DNA of 64,000 nt from a virus (lineage: Duplodnaviria; Heunggongvirae; Uroviricota; Caudoviricetes). Shown piece after piece: positions 8,074 to 17,935 of this stretch. A program made the translations under genes and the position numbers. Every line of letters starts with the position of its first letter. Within the stretch, counting starts at the first letter, position 1. The stretch lies in IMG/VR virus record IMGVR_UViG_3300005544_000021. One strand, written 5' to 3'. A model generated the notes under the pieces. That model was given only the letters and a program-made list of their open reading frames with translations. It ran no database searches and had not been told where the DNA came from.

Positions 8074-9470
8074 TGAAAGTCCTGAAAGTGTTTCTTTGGA
8101 TACTTTTGTTGAGCGAATTCTTCTTCTAGACGTTCTCCAAACTCAGAATTATCCATCACTGGCGTGTCATGAATTATATCCTCTTGGGCTGATTGTTCCA
8201 CCGAATAAAGCCGCATCTTATCTTTATCAACACCAATTACAAATTTCCGAGTTTTTGCAACATCAGAATATCTGTTTTTCAGTTGTTTAACCAAAATCTG
8301 ACCCAATTTCTCTAACTCCTCAGAAGTTATTAAAGCCAACATTAAGTCTACTGTCATAGGTAAGCCAAACGAGTCCGAAGTATTATCCATGTCAGGATCA
8401 CTATTCTTAAAACCTGGACGATTTAATTGGGTTGCCGAAATAACCGGAAGATTAAACTCAACCCCCAAACCTCTCAATTCTTCGGAAATACTTTTGATGT
8501 AAGTATAACTATTCACATTTGGTCCAAGCTTAACTCGGGCCGAAGCACAAATATTTATGTAATCCACATAAATAATATCTGGGATGAAATTTGATTTGAT
8601 CTTCAACTCATTCAACAAACTCCTAAAATGAAGGGTGCTTCCAGCTCCGTTTGGGTATTCCTTAATTTTTATATTGCCTTCAGTTTTTATCGTCACCTTT
8701 TGAATCTTGGCGGCAAAATTATCTCGGGAAACATCATAAACATTATCTAAATTCATATTTAAGACGTTTGCATCAATTCTACGAGCAACTTCTTCTTCAG
8801 ACATCTCCAAGGTAATATAAAGAACCTTATAACCTGCTATTAGATTTGCCGCTGCCATATGGCACATAACCATGGATTTACCCACGCCTGTGCCAGCCAT
8901 AATGACATTCAAAGTTTTCTTTGCAACTCCTCCTTTTGTTATGGTGTTAAGTAATTCAATATCAAAAGGAATTTTGCGTTGCTTTGAATTAAAATAATCA
9001 TAACGATGTAAGTAGTCACTAAGGAAATCGTGGCCAACGGATGTGTTGAATGAAATAGAAAGAGCATCTTGAAGTAATTGCGGAATAGACCCTTTATTCT
9101 TTTTACCATCTTTATCATCCAAGATAGAGATAGAAGAGCGAATAGCATTATATAAAGCTTTATCTTGACAAAATTTCTCTGTCTGATCCAATAACCATTG
9201 CGGATCAGATTTTTCCTCAATTTCCAGGTTTTGGATTACCTGCTGGCATTCTTTATATAAATCTTCGTTTAAGTCATTTTTATCCGATAACTCAACATAT
9301 AATGTTTCTCTGGTAGATGAAGTGTTGTATTTTTGAATATGCTGATTAATTAAGTCAAAAACTATTTGATCTTTTTTGTCATGAAAATATTCAGATTTGA
9401 GAAACGGAATAACTTTACGAACATAATCATCATTGTATATCAGATTTGATAGAATTATTGATTCTAGCAT
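8070..9470 (-). CDS. 41: DnaB-like replicative DNA helicase (T4 gp41 homolog)
   Basis: N-terminus MLESIILSNLIY...SEYF parallels T4 gp41 (MVEIILSHLIF...SEYF); Walker A GTGVGKS; LYITLEMSEEE...RIDAN motif. Confidence 0.85.
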   Translation of the reverse strand: MLESIILSNLIYNDDYVRKVIPFLKSEYFHDKKDQIVFDLINQHIQKYNTSSTRETLYVELSDKNDLNEDLYKECQQVIQNLEIEEKSDPQWLLDQTEKFCQDKALYNAIRSSISILDDKDGKKNKGSIPQLLQDALSISFNTSVGHDFLSDYLHRYDYFNSKQRKIPFDIELLNTITKGGVAKKTLNVIMAGTGVGKSMVMCHMAAANLIAGYKVLYITLEMSEEEVARRIDANVLNMNLDNVYDVSRDNFAAKIQKVTIKTEGNIKIKEYPNGAGSTLHFRSLLNELKIKSNFIPDIIYVDYINICASARVKLGPNVNSYTYIKSISEELRGLGVEFNLPVISATQLNRPGFKNSDPDMDNTSDSFGLPMTVDLMLALITSEELEKLGQILVKQLKNRYSDVAKTRKFVIGVDKDKMRLYSVEQSAQEDIIHDTPVMDNSEFGERLEEEFAQQKYPKKHFQDFQ

Positions 9471-9613
9471 TTACTCTCTTAAGTTCATAAGATAAAGCAA
9501 TATGAGACGTTATCAAAAACCCAATTGGATCATCTCCACATCCTATTTGGCCCTTCAGGATTTTTTGAAGATAATCACATACTCTCTGTTCATCAGAAGA
9601 GTATGGTTTTATG

Positions 9614-10111
9614 TCAAGGTTTCTCTCCATTTTCAACAATACTCTCCCAAGAGGCATGCATTCCGTTTTGACCAATTTTATTAATAGCCTGAATAGCCTT
9701 TTCAATGGGCTTTGGAACGACATCCTTGATTTTTGCATCGTCTTGAGCCTTAAGTTTCATTAAAGCATTATCCATAGCTATTGCCACATCACTCAAGTCA
9801 TTATACTCTTTTTGAAGCTGGTTCAACTTCTTTTCTTGCTCCATAAACTTCTTGGCCAAATTAATAATGCCAGCATAACCTCTTGTTTCCTTAACTTGCC
9901 ATGGATCACCAGAAATTGTGCCATCACTATTAATTGTCATGACAGCAGTAGACTTATCATAATTGAAGCTAATATTGTTTGGAATATCGTAGCTGCTACT
10001 CAAAGCATAGCAAGAACTATTACATGTTGTCAGAAATGAACTCACTTCTCCTTTAACATTAAGCAACGAATATTCTTTTGCTGGGGTAATAACACTTTTT
10101 GTGGCAGTCAT
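9614..10111 (-). CDS. hypothetical protein at the T4 gene-40 position (between uvsX and 41)
   Basis: ORF track 165 aa; synteny only. Confidence 0.3.
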   Translation of the reverse strand: MTATKSVITPAKEYSLLNVKGEVSSFLTTCNSSCYALSSSYDIPNNISFNYDKSTAVMTINSDGTISGDPWQVKETRGYAGIINLAKKFMEQEKKLNQLQKEYNDLSDVAIAMDNALMKLKAQDDAKIKDVVPKPIEKAIQAINKIGQNGMHASWESIVENGEKP

Positions 10112-11154
10112 AGTTTATCCTTTCCTAAATCCGCAATAGCATATTTCTTACTTATCCAATCAGAAAATGTGGTTTCGGTTAAAAATTTGTTCCAAAACTC
10201 ATCAGTTTCTAAATCTTCGTTTGTAATCTTCACGTTCTCATTGATAACTCCATCTTTATCCACTAAACGAAATGATCTACCGCTCTTAGTGAGGAAACCA
10301 GCCTCCAGAGCCAAATCTACCATGCCTGAGTGTTTTTGTATACCTCCATTCCATAATACAGAAATAGGAATCTTGGATTTCTCTTTCACATAACGAGACT
10401 TTTCAACATTGATAATGAAATTATATCCAACAACCTTGTTCTCCCCCTCAACCTTTTCCTTTTCTTGCTGCCGCCCAACTACCCAAATATTTTCGCTGGA
10501 ATAATAACTTCCTGTTCCTCCCGACACCACATCCTTACTATATAACTCCAAGGTTTTATAGGTATGATTCACTATAACGCACGGAATATTTTTCATCGTG
10601 AAATATGGTGTAACCATTCGGAAAAACGACTTCAAAGCCTTGGCTCGGGTTCCTACTTCAGCAATATTCTTTTCTGATAAGGCATCTTGAAGTTCTTTAG
10701 TTGAGGCAAGATTACCAATAGAATCAATAACTACAATAGCCTTATCCCCTCGCTCTAATCCCTCTAGCTGTTTGACAGCATCAAATTTTAATTGTTCTAT
10801 GTTCATTAAAGGAGAATGAACTACTCTATTTTCCACGTCAATATTGAAAAAATCAAAGTAGGAAATTGGACTCCCAAATTCTGAGTTATAAAACAACATC
10901 ATACTATCAGGATGATGTTTCAAATAAGCGGAAGCCAAAAGCAAGGCAAACATAGTCTTGAAATGTTTACTTTGTCCAGCTATTTGAGTTATACCCGGAG
11001 TTATACCGCCATTTATACTTCCTGATAAGGCAACATTAATCATCGGATAATCTGTCGGAACCATATCCTTTTCGGTATAAAATTTACTTTCGGTAAGGAT
11101 AGTAGTATCGGCAATCGTGGTGTTTTTTAAAAGTTTAGCCCGAAGTTTGTTCAC
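10108..11154 (-). CDS. uvsX: UvsX RecA-like recombinase
   Basis: Colinear similarity to T4 UvsX throughout (PMINVALSG...GG, LFYNSEFG, VVIDSIGNLASTKE, RAKALKSFFRMVTPYF, NIPCVIVNHTY, NVEKSRYVKEKSK). Confidence 0.9.
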   Translation of the reverse strand: MNKLRAKLLKNTTIADTTILTESKFYTEKDMVPTDYPMINVALSGSINGGITPGITQIAGQSKHFKTMFALLLASAYLKHHPDSMMLFYNSEFGSPISYFDFFNIDVENRVVHSPLMNIEQLKFDAVKQLEGLERGDKAIVVIDSIGNLASTKELQDALSEKNIAEVGTRAKALKSFFRMVTPYFTMKNIPCVIVNHTYKTLELYSKDVVSGGTGSYYSSENIWVVGRQQEKEKVEGENKVVGYNFIINVEKSRYVKEKSKIPISVLWNGGIQKHSGMVDLALEAGFLTKSGRSFRLVDKDGVINENVKITNEDLETDEFWNKFLTETTFSDWISKKYAIADLGKDKL

Positions 11155-11372
11155 ATTTTCTCCTTCACAAAAATATTATTACATAACTCTGGTGTTGGTT
11201 CTCGTCTACTTTCCATTATTTTCCGACATGATTCAATAAACTCGGCCCGAGCTTTTGATTCTTTAGTCTCCGTACCACTAAGCCAAGTACCAAACGCAAT
11301 TGCTATCACCACAATTGCTATTCCAAGCCAATAAATAAAATCTTCAAGAATTTCTAGTATCTTTTTGTTCAT
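11151..11372 (-). CDS. small membrane protein
   Basis: Central hydrophobic helix WLGIAIVVIAIAFGTWL. Confidence 0.3.
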   Translation of the reverse strand: MNKKILEILEDFIYWLGIAIVVIAIAFGTWLSGTETKESKARAEFIESCRKIMESRREPTPELCNNIFVKEKM

Positions 11373-11889
11373 CTTTAGTTTTTCTCTTTAAATCATATTT
11401 CATCTCAGAAACAATAATAGGATGATGGATTGGAGTAAACATATTACACATTATCAGCAGATTTTGTGGAGTGATTTTGTTATGACCCGCAAATAAAGGA
11501 TAAGGAAGAAAACCACTTTCTTGTAAAGCAGCGGCAATTAATTCGGAACAAAACCAGGAATCGTGTTGCTGCCAATCTCGCTCAAAAGCGAAAGCTATGA
11601 TCGCCCCCATGTCATATGGTTTTCCGACTTGAGCATAACAAAAATCATAAAATGCATCATGTGTTCTTTGGTCGGTTGGCAACTCAACAAGTAGGGTTTT
11701 TGTGAAACCAACATTTCGTCGGGCCATAACTCCCCCAAAATATTTTGCTCCTAAAAGTTTACCATCAGTTAAGACAGCATCAACATGACTTGCCCATACA
11801 TGATCATAATAATGGAGGATTTTTGATCCGATATTTGCTTCCGTAGAAAATTGTAATTTAATTCTATATGTTGCTACTTCGTACATCAA
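11344..11889 (-). CDS. putative permuted papain-fold (YiiX/YaeF-like) hydrolase
   Basis: His-containing N-terminal segment then SWFCSELIAAAL Cys motif, reminiscent of permuted NlpC/P60-like enzymes; weak. Confidence 0.3.
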   Translation of the reverse strand: MMYEVATYRIKLQFSTEANIGSKILHYYDHVWASHVDAVLTDGKLLGAKYFGGVMARRNVGFTKTLLVELPTDQRTHDAFYDFCYAQVGKPYDMGAIIAFAFERDWQQHDSWFCSELIAAALQESGFLPYPLFAGHNKITPQNLLIMCNMFTPIHHPIIVSEMKYDLKRKTKDEQKDTRNS

Positions 11890-12055
11890 AATGTCCTTTT
11901 ACAATTTCTAAATCAGTAGAATTGCCAAACTTAAAAACCCAGGTTCTGTTTGGCTCGTAGGATAATCCATATTTAATTTCCCAACGATGGCAATACTCAA
12001 TAATTTCTTCCGCCAAAAAACCATTATTGATTGTTAGAGCTAGTGCTTGACACAT
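11864..12055 (-). CDS. hypothetical small protein
   Basis: ORF track 63 aa. Confidence 0.2.
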   Translation of the reverse strand: MCQALALTINNGFLAEEIIEYCHRWEIKYGLSYEPNRTWVFKFGNSTDLEIVKGHFDVRSSNI

Positions 12056-12536
12056 TTTTATTTTGCCTTTTTATCAAATTACCAAAACACTTATAAATGT
12101 TGTTACATCTTCTCACCGCTGAGGGATGAGTTTCTGTCTCAGGAGCCCCTTCCCAGGATGCACAGATTTCGGGAAGATTTTCTTTTTTTAACCAGTTGCC
12201 TTTAACCCCCTCATTGATAGCCCAACAATCTGCCAATAATTCGCTTTCTCCAATATGGGAATGGGCACACTCATGATAGAAGATGAATTTCTTTAAAACA
12301 ACAGAATAACTTCGCATCATTCGCATATTCAATAAAATAAAATTGTGGCGTCCATTTCCAAGATTCAATCCTTCCGAGGGAATATTATTATCAGTAGCTA
12401 CAGTTGTATTTTTACAAATTAATTTTTCGCCGTTGATAGTAGGTTCAGCAGATTTAGTAATTGTTGGTATCATAATTAAGGTTGAGGCAAAGATAACCAG
12501 ACAGCAAAAGCCGAACCAAAAAATACGATAAAACAT
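12024..12536 (-). CDS. membrane-anchored HExxH zinc-metallopeptidase-like protein
   Basis: N-terminal TM/signal-anchor (FWFGFCCLVIFASTLIMIP), then YHECAHSHIGESE (HExxH plus downstream Glu), several Cys. Confidence 0.4.
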   Translation of the reverse strand: MFYRIFWFGFCCLVIFASTLIMIPTITKSAEPTINGEKLICKNTTVATDNNIPSEGLNLGNGRHNFILLNMRMMRSYSVVLKKFIFYHECAHSHIGESELLADCWAINEGVKGNWLKKENLPEICASWEGAPETETHPSAVRRCNNIYKCFGNLIKRQNKNVSSTSSNNQ

Positions 12537-12550
12537 TATCTAACCCTCTT

Positions 12551-13579
12551 TTAGAACAAATCTACCGAGTCTTCGTTTCTTTGTCTAAAATAGTGACGAA
12601 TATGATCACGTAATCTTCTTGAACGGTCTCCATGATGCATATTCAAACGATAAAGACCCGAAGGCTCACGCAAGATGTCTATCATAGGATCGTACTTATA
12701 ATCAATCAAAATCTTCCACCGATCAACATATTTTCTATGGACTTTATTACCATGCCAATGATGGAAAATAGTTCCTGGAACATAACCAATATTTCTTTTG
12801 ATTTCTTGTTCTGCAACATCTTGCCAATTTATTACCGCATTATAATACGCATAAGTTACTCCCCTTGGAATTGAACGTTGAGCTTGTCCAATTAAAGCCA
12901 TGGCCATATGATGATCAGCACTGCCAAGAATTGCCTTATCAAAAAGTTGAAGTTTCTCTAAGGCTTCCCGACGTGCGGCCCACGCATATCCGCAATGCCA
13001 AAACGATCCTTTAACTATTGCCCCATAGTAATTTTGAACTTCGGTATCTTGGATTAATTCGGGAAAAGCATTTCTCTTTGGAGTATATCCCGGACCAACA
13101 GGAGCCTCAAAGTTATTATGGAAATAAGACCAGACAAACCCATTTTGTTGCTGGACAGGTTCATAACGAGGCCCAGAATCTATGACATGGGAAAATAGTT
13201 GTACAAAATCATAATGCTGGAGTTGATGTATCGTTTCCTGGGCAATATCTGGTCTCTGGAAAGTAATGTCCCCATCAATCCAGGCTATGTATTTCCAATT
13301 TGGATCAAGTTGGGTTAGATATTGAATACCAAGATTAATCATGTTTTCTTTATGCCACAATTCCTGACGGGTTCGGAATTGCATATCATATGGGTTATTC
13401 TTGCTTGTAAGTTCATGTTCCCGTTCCCCATAAGCACATTCAACAGTTAATAGCTTAAAGCCACAATCTGCCATGTGCTTTCGGAAGTCTTGAAATAACC
13501 TGTAACGAGAATGATATCTTACAGGATTTGAACAAACCGCAATGGCATAAAAATTAGTATCATCAATTTTTTTAATCAT
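12551..13579 (-). CDS. putative glycosyltransferase (GT-A fold, DxD motif)
   Basis: YAIAVCSNP ... WIDGDITF DxD-type motif; similar motif architecture to 31435..32397. Confidence 0.4.
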   Translation of the reverse strand: MIKKIDDTNFYAIAVCSNPVRYHSRYRLFQDFRKHMADCGFKLLTVECAYGEREHELTSKNNPYDMQFRTRQELWHKENMINLGIQYLTQLDPNWKYIAWIDGDITFQRPDIAQETIHQLQHYDFVQLFSHVIDSGPRYEPVQQQNGFVWSYFHNNFEAPVGPGYTPKRNAFPELIQDTEVQNYYGAIVKGSFWHCGYAWAARREALEKLQLFDKAILGSADHHMAMALIGQAQRSIPRGVTYAYYNAVINWQDVAEQEIKRNIGYVPGTIFHHWHGNKVHRKYVDRWKILIDYKYDPMIDILREPSGLYRLNMHHGDRSRRLRDHIRHYFRQRNEDSVDLF

Positions 13580-16053
13580 TAAAAAAAGCTCTCCAGCGTG
13601 TTAATATTTTCTTTTCTCCATCCAATTAAATTCAACAAAGATTGCAAAGGGGACATGAAGGTTTTCTCCCACATTAAATCCCGATCAATATACTTGTCCA
13701 AGCCAAATTCTTCGGGAAGATACCGAGGAACAGCGATAACCGGGGATAACGTAGGATTTGGCATTTTTAGATAGCAAAACTTGATCTTATCCTTATTATA
13801 GATAAGGGGATATTGGTCTTGTAAATTTTTGTCTTTTAGTAGTTTATTGTAGACGATAGAACCTTTGACATGCACGGGGGCACCTTTTTTCCATAATGAA
13901 ATTGGACACATGTATTTAGAAATTCCATTAACTCCCCGAGGAAACGCAACATCATGAAAAGCCAATGAATCAAAGGTTTTTCGGAACTCTTCAATGAATT
14001 TTATTACGTCTGCTTCATTTTTATTCATAATAATTGAAATTGCTTCTTTCAGGGCAGAACGACACGCCTGGGGTATAACAGCCTTTACTGCCTCCAATCC
14101 CATAATCTTAAGTTGAGGCTTCTCAAATCTAACCCCTTCTTGATCCCAGATATTCATTACATAGTTTTTCTTTTCTCGCCAAATTACTTTATCACAAATA
14201 ACATCCCGCTTCATTACCATGGCGTTTTCATAGGCATTCATAGTTTTTGCTAGTTCTGCAAATCCTTTATCAATAGCAGGTTGGACTTGACTTTCACAAA
14301 AAACGTTTAGGGTATCAATTAAGACTTTTTTTGGTAAAGTAGCATCTAAATTATGAAACGTATTAAATTTAATATAACACGAATCTGTGTCCATAGCAAT
14401 AACATAATCAACATTTTTAGTCTTAAAACGGCTATTCATAAAAATGTTGATTTTCTTCTCAATCCAACGAACCGCAAGCTGGCCAGATAAAGTGATAGCA
14501 CTAGCTAATCGCCAGTCATAAAATCTAAACCATTCGTTGGCCAAGGCACCGTATGCTGAATTGAGCTGAATTTTCTTGGCAAGCTGATAGTTGTGATACT
14601 TCTGAATTTCATTCTTATTATCAGGATCATTCTTCTTTAGTTCAAGCATTTTAGCCTTATATTCGGCTCTTTTCTTGAATTGTATCTTCATTAACTCAGG
14701 CAAAAATCCCTGAAATTTATTGGAAAATCTAGCTCCATTTGCCGCAAAACTTTCCTTATCATTAGTTGCCTTGAATTCTCCTGTTAGAACTTTTTGAATA
14801 TCATTTTCTGTCCAAGGTTCTATTCCCGTCATCGTTTCGGGAGATATATTATATGACATAATTAAGTGCGGATATAGAGACTGCAAATCAAAAGAAACTA
14901 CCCATTCATGCATCCCAATCTGAGGTTGTTTTACATAACCCCCCGGAATAGTCATGGGTTCAGTTCGCATATCTTTCGGAATAACTATTTTTTTATCCAT
15001 CAAGTTATTATGAATAATAACATCCCAAAGACGGACTGAAGTTAGAGCATCAACAAAGTTGACCTTGGCATCATAAGCAATTGCATAAACAAGTTCTATA
15101 AACTTGTTCTTTTCATCTATATCAGCAACCCGATCAATATCAGTTATGTTATACTCAACATACTTTTCAAAGTTAGTTTCATAAAGTTCATCTAGATTAT
15201 TCACTTCCGAAAAATCAAGTTTTCTCTTCCCTGTTTCAACAAAGGCAATATGATCTAGAGTATAGGATTCTTGTTGACTATATGTAAACTTTTTGTAAAG
15301 ATCATAGTAGTCAAGAATGCTAATACCAACAGGCTCATAAACCTGAACCTCTCGTCCCCGTATTTCCAGTTTTTTCTCTTTAAGAATACCCCAAGGGGAT
15401 AATTTCTTAGCTTCAGTATCTCCTAATAATTTTCTGATACGATTAATTAAAAATGGCATATCATATTTTTCGCAGTTCCAACCTGTTATGACATCAGGCC
15501 GCAAATCGGGATCACTCCAAAACTTGATGACCTTTTGGAGCATATCTTTTTCGTCTTTGCAGTTGACAAAGCGAGGATGCCGAAAATTTTTCTTATACCC
15601 AAAGATATATCGCTCTTTTTTAATTCCAATTCCAATTAGAGTAATCGGACCATTTGCTAACTCAACATCTGCGAAAGCCCCAGATTCAGTTCTTCCAGTC
15701 TCAATATCTATATTATGAACCTTAATTAAGGAAGCATCAAACTTGATTTCTCCCGGAAAATTATCATAGATATAAGGGTAAATAAATTGGTTCATTCCAT
15801 ATAATTGAAAGCCCTCAACATCAGAATATGTCTGATAAAAATCCCGAGCATCCCGAATGGTTTCAAAATCCATTCGTTCTACTGGTTGCTTTTGTAGATT
15901 CTTGTAAGGAGATTTTTTCTTAGCAGGAACAAAAAGATATGGTTTATATTTTATTTTTTGGGTATATCTTTCCCCATCCAAATATCCACAAACTAAAATC
16001 TCATTTCTATGAATAGCGACATTAGTATACATATCAGCCATTAAAATATCCAA
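13579..16053 (-). CDS. 43: family B DNA polymerase (T4 gp43 homolog)
   Basis: Exo I FDIETG, motif A DLQSLYPHLIM (DxxSLYPS), motif C AMDTDS (YGDTDS-like). Confidence 0.9.
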   Translation of the reverse strand: MDILMADMYTNVAIHRNEILVCGYLDGERYTQKIKYKPYLFVPAKKKSPYKNLQKQPVERMDFETIRDARDFYQTYSDVEGFQLYGMNQFIYPYIYDNFPGEIKFDASLIKVHNIDIETGRTESGAFADVELANGPITLIGIGIKKERYIFGYKKNFRHPRFVNCKDEKDMLQKVIKFWSDPDLRPDVITGWNCEKYDMPFLINRIRKLLGDTEAKKLSPWGILKEKKLEIRGREVQVYEPVGISILDYYDLYKKFTYSQQESYTLDHIAFVETGKRKLDFSEVNNLDELYETNFEKYVEYNITDIDRVADIDEKNKFIELVYAIAYDAKVNFVDALTSVRLWDVIIHNNLMDKKIVIPKDMRTEPMTIPGGYVKQPQIGMHEWVVSFDLQSLYPHLIMSYNISPETMTGIEPWTENDIQKVLTGEFKATNDKESFAANGARFSNKFQGFLPELMKIQFKKRAEYKAKMLELKKNDPDNKNEIQKYHNYQLAKKIQLNSAYGALANEWFRFYDWRLASAITLSGQLAVRWIEKKINIFMNSRFKTKNVDYVIAMDTDSCYIKFNTFHNLDATLPKKVLIDTLNVFCESQVQPAIDKGFAELAKTMNAYENAMVMKRDVICDKVIWREKKNYVMNIWDQEGVRFEKPQLKIMGLEAVKAVIPQACRSALKEAISIIMNKNEADVIKFIEEFRKTFDSLAFHDVAFPRGVNGISKYMCPISLWKKGAPVHVKGSIVYNKLLKDKNLQDQYPLIYNKDKIKFCYLKMPNPTLSPVIAVPRYLPEEFGLDKYIDRDLMWEKTFMSPLQSLLNLIGWRKENINTLESFF

Positions 16054-16181
16054 TCCACTAAATCATAAAACAAAATACCAAACACAAAATAAGTAACCCC
16101 AAAACCCAGAAAAACAATTCCGATACGGCACACCGTCTTCATTGGACAACCTCCTCTGGTTGTCCATACTTTAGCACTCCA

Positions 16182-16889
16182 TCAACCACTTGCCAAGGAA
16201 TTTTTTATAACCTTGGAAGCAAACCAATGCTTACTATCTGGCTGAACATGATAGGGGCGAACCCATTTCGCTACATATATTCCGAAATCTTTATATGGGA
16301 TTTCTCCGCTATAACGCAGAACAAATCCTTCGTTGAATTGAGTATTGATTCTAGAAGATATGCTTGTCAATGTTTCAAAAGAAAACTTTCCCTCATAAAT
16401 TACTGGCACGGAAACAATTTTTGCATCCTGAAACACCTTTAACGTATCTTTCCAAGATAACGCTATATTATCTGCATTCCAAACAGAAAATCCATAGAAA
16501 TAATCTTGTAAATTAGTATATTGAATTGAGTGCTTAGCATAAAGATTTTCTCCACAAAATCGCCAATGCTGGGGAATCTTGTGAGCCTTTGAAGCCCAAA
16601 AATTTGCTAACCAGTCTCGGGATTCGTGTTTGCGTCGGGAATCCAACCCCCGAGCATGCCAATGTGTTTTATAGAGGGAGGTATTTTCTCCATCCATTTT
16701 TTCAGTTACAACAACATCTAGTCCATCAAATATTGATAAATCGTTTAATAATTCATCATCAAAAGAATATCCTGGAGAAAAAGGCATATGATTTGTTCTT
16801 GGATACTTCACGCTTGACACATAAAACTCCATTAATAAAAGATTATGAGGGTTCCACACGCGTCTGGGGCGGCGCGTAGTCACCCACAA
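16182..16889 (-). CDS. ATP-dependent RNA ligase, Rnl2-like nucleotidyltransferase domain
   Basis: Motif I VVTEKMDGEN (KxDGxN), motif IV-like EGFVL, motif V-like K-containing segment; short, so a stand-alone NTase-domain ligase. Confidence 0.55.
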   Translation of the reverse strand: MWVTTRRPRRVWNPHNLLLMEFYVSSVKYPRTNHMPFSPGYSFDDELLNDLSIFDGLDVVVTEKMDGENTSLYKTHWHARGLDSRRKHESRDWLANFWASKAHKIPQHWRFCGENLYAKHSIQYTNLQDYFYGFSVWNADNIALSWKDTLKVFQDAKIVSVPVIYEGKFSFETLTSISSRINTQFNEGFVLRYSGEIPYKDFGIYVAKWVRPYHVQPDSKHWFASKVIKNSLASG

Positions 16890-16903
16890 CCAAAAAAACT
16901 AGT

Positions 16904-17869
16904 TTATTGACGTGGGACGATTCCGTCTTTATCCACCCGCATAAATGGTGTGGTATTGCTTAGCATAGTTGAGGGAAGTTGTCCATTCCATCTTTCGGCT
17001 TTTCGTAATTCTGTTAAGTTGGCATTTTGAGCTAGGGCTTCGGCTTGGGCTTTAATGGCGGCGGCTTCTGCCTCGCCTTTTAGCTTAATTGCTTTGGCTT
17101 CAGCTTCGGCGGCTAACACACGGGAATCAGCATCTCCCCGAGCCTTTGTTCTTACTGTTTCCGCAACAGCCTTGGCTTGTTCCCATTCTTGATTCCGGGT
17201 TTCCACATTAGCCTTTGCAGCCGAAGCAGCATCAACAGCCTTGCGGAAAGATTCGGTAAATTCCAAGTTTGGAAGTTGGGTATCTATTACCTTTACTCCA
17301 AGTATTTTTGCATCTTCTACTAAGACATTATGTATTCGTAGAATTAACTCCCCCCGATGTTCCGAGACATGAGCCATATTAACCTTTCCCATTTCTCGCT
17401 TAATACGATCAAGGATAATACTCTGTAGTTGAGTTTTATACCCTTGAGCGTTTATGTAAATGAACTTTAAATTTTCTGGGGGCACTTGCCATAACACCTT
17501 ATAATAAACATCAACTTCCTGATTATCCAAGGTATATGTATTAGCTATTTTATCATTATGAGTATCTTGAATACCAATAGAAAATCTCTGAATTTCATTC
17601 ACGAATGGTGCCTTGAAGTGTAGTCCTGGACCTTCAACGGATTGAAATACACCAAACCTAGTTAAAACAACTCTTTCATATTCATCTACTGTATAGTATG
17701 TCATGAAGAATATCATAATACCAAAAAGAGCGAGGATTGCCCCGCCGACCGTGGTTATAATCTTTCCCATGGAAGATTCATCCTTTCTTGGATTTTGGGG
17801 TAGACTTTTGGGTGAGATGTTTTCGGAGTTCCGTTTCAAGGTCTTTGAGTTTCTGGGCTTCTTTTCCAT
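16904..17869 (-). CDS. SPFH/band-7 (HflK/C-prohibitin-like) membrane protein
   Basis: N-terminal TM (ITTVGGAILALFGIMIFF), SPFH-like core (ERVVLTRFG..., QLPNLEFTESF), then A/E/K-rich coiled-coil tail typical of HflK/C. Confidence 0.65.
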   Translation of the reverse strand: MEKKPRNSKTLKRNSENISPKSLPQNPRKDESSMGKIITTVGGAILALFGIMIFFMTYYTVDEYERVVLTRFGVFQSVEGPGLHFKAPFVNEIQRFSIGIQDTHNDKIANTYTLDNQEVDVYYKVLWQVPPENLKFIYINAQGYKTQLQSIILDRIKREMGKVNMAHVSEHRGELILRIHNVLVEDAKILGVKVIDTQLPNLEFTESFRKAVDAASAAKANVETRNQEWEQAKAVAETVRTKARGDADSRVLAAEAEAKAIKLKGEAEAAAIKAQAEALAQNANLTELRKAERWNGQLPSTMLSNTTPFMRVDKDGIVPRQ

Positions 17870-17935
17870 GTTCTCTCCATATCATCAGAAATAAAAACAA
17901 GGCAGTTAATAACAATAACAAAACAATCGCAGCAA

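Noticed and set aside
8939-9220. 93-aa minus-strand ORF inside the helicase gene
   Set aside because: Out-of-frame overlap with a well-supported gp41 homolog.
9430-9738. 102-aa minus-strand ORF
   Set aside because: Overlaps both the gp41 start (whose N-terminus aligns with T4 gp41 from its first residue) and the upstream ORF; probably spurious.
13579-16053. Intron or intein within the DNA polymerase
   Set aside because: Polymerase motifs (exo I, A, C) are colinear in a single 824-aa frame with no interruption.
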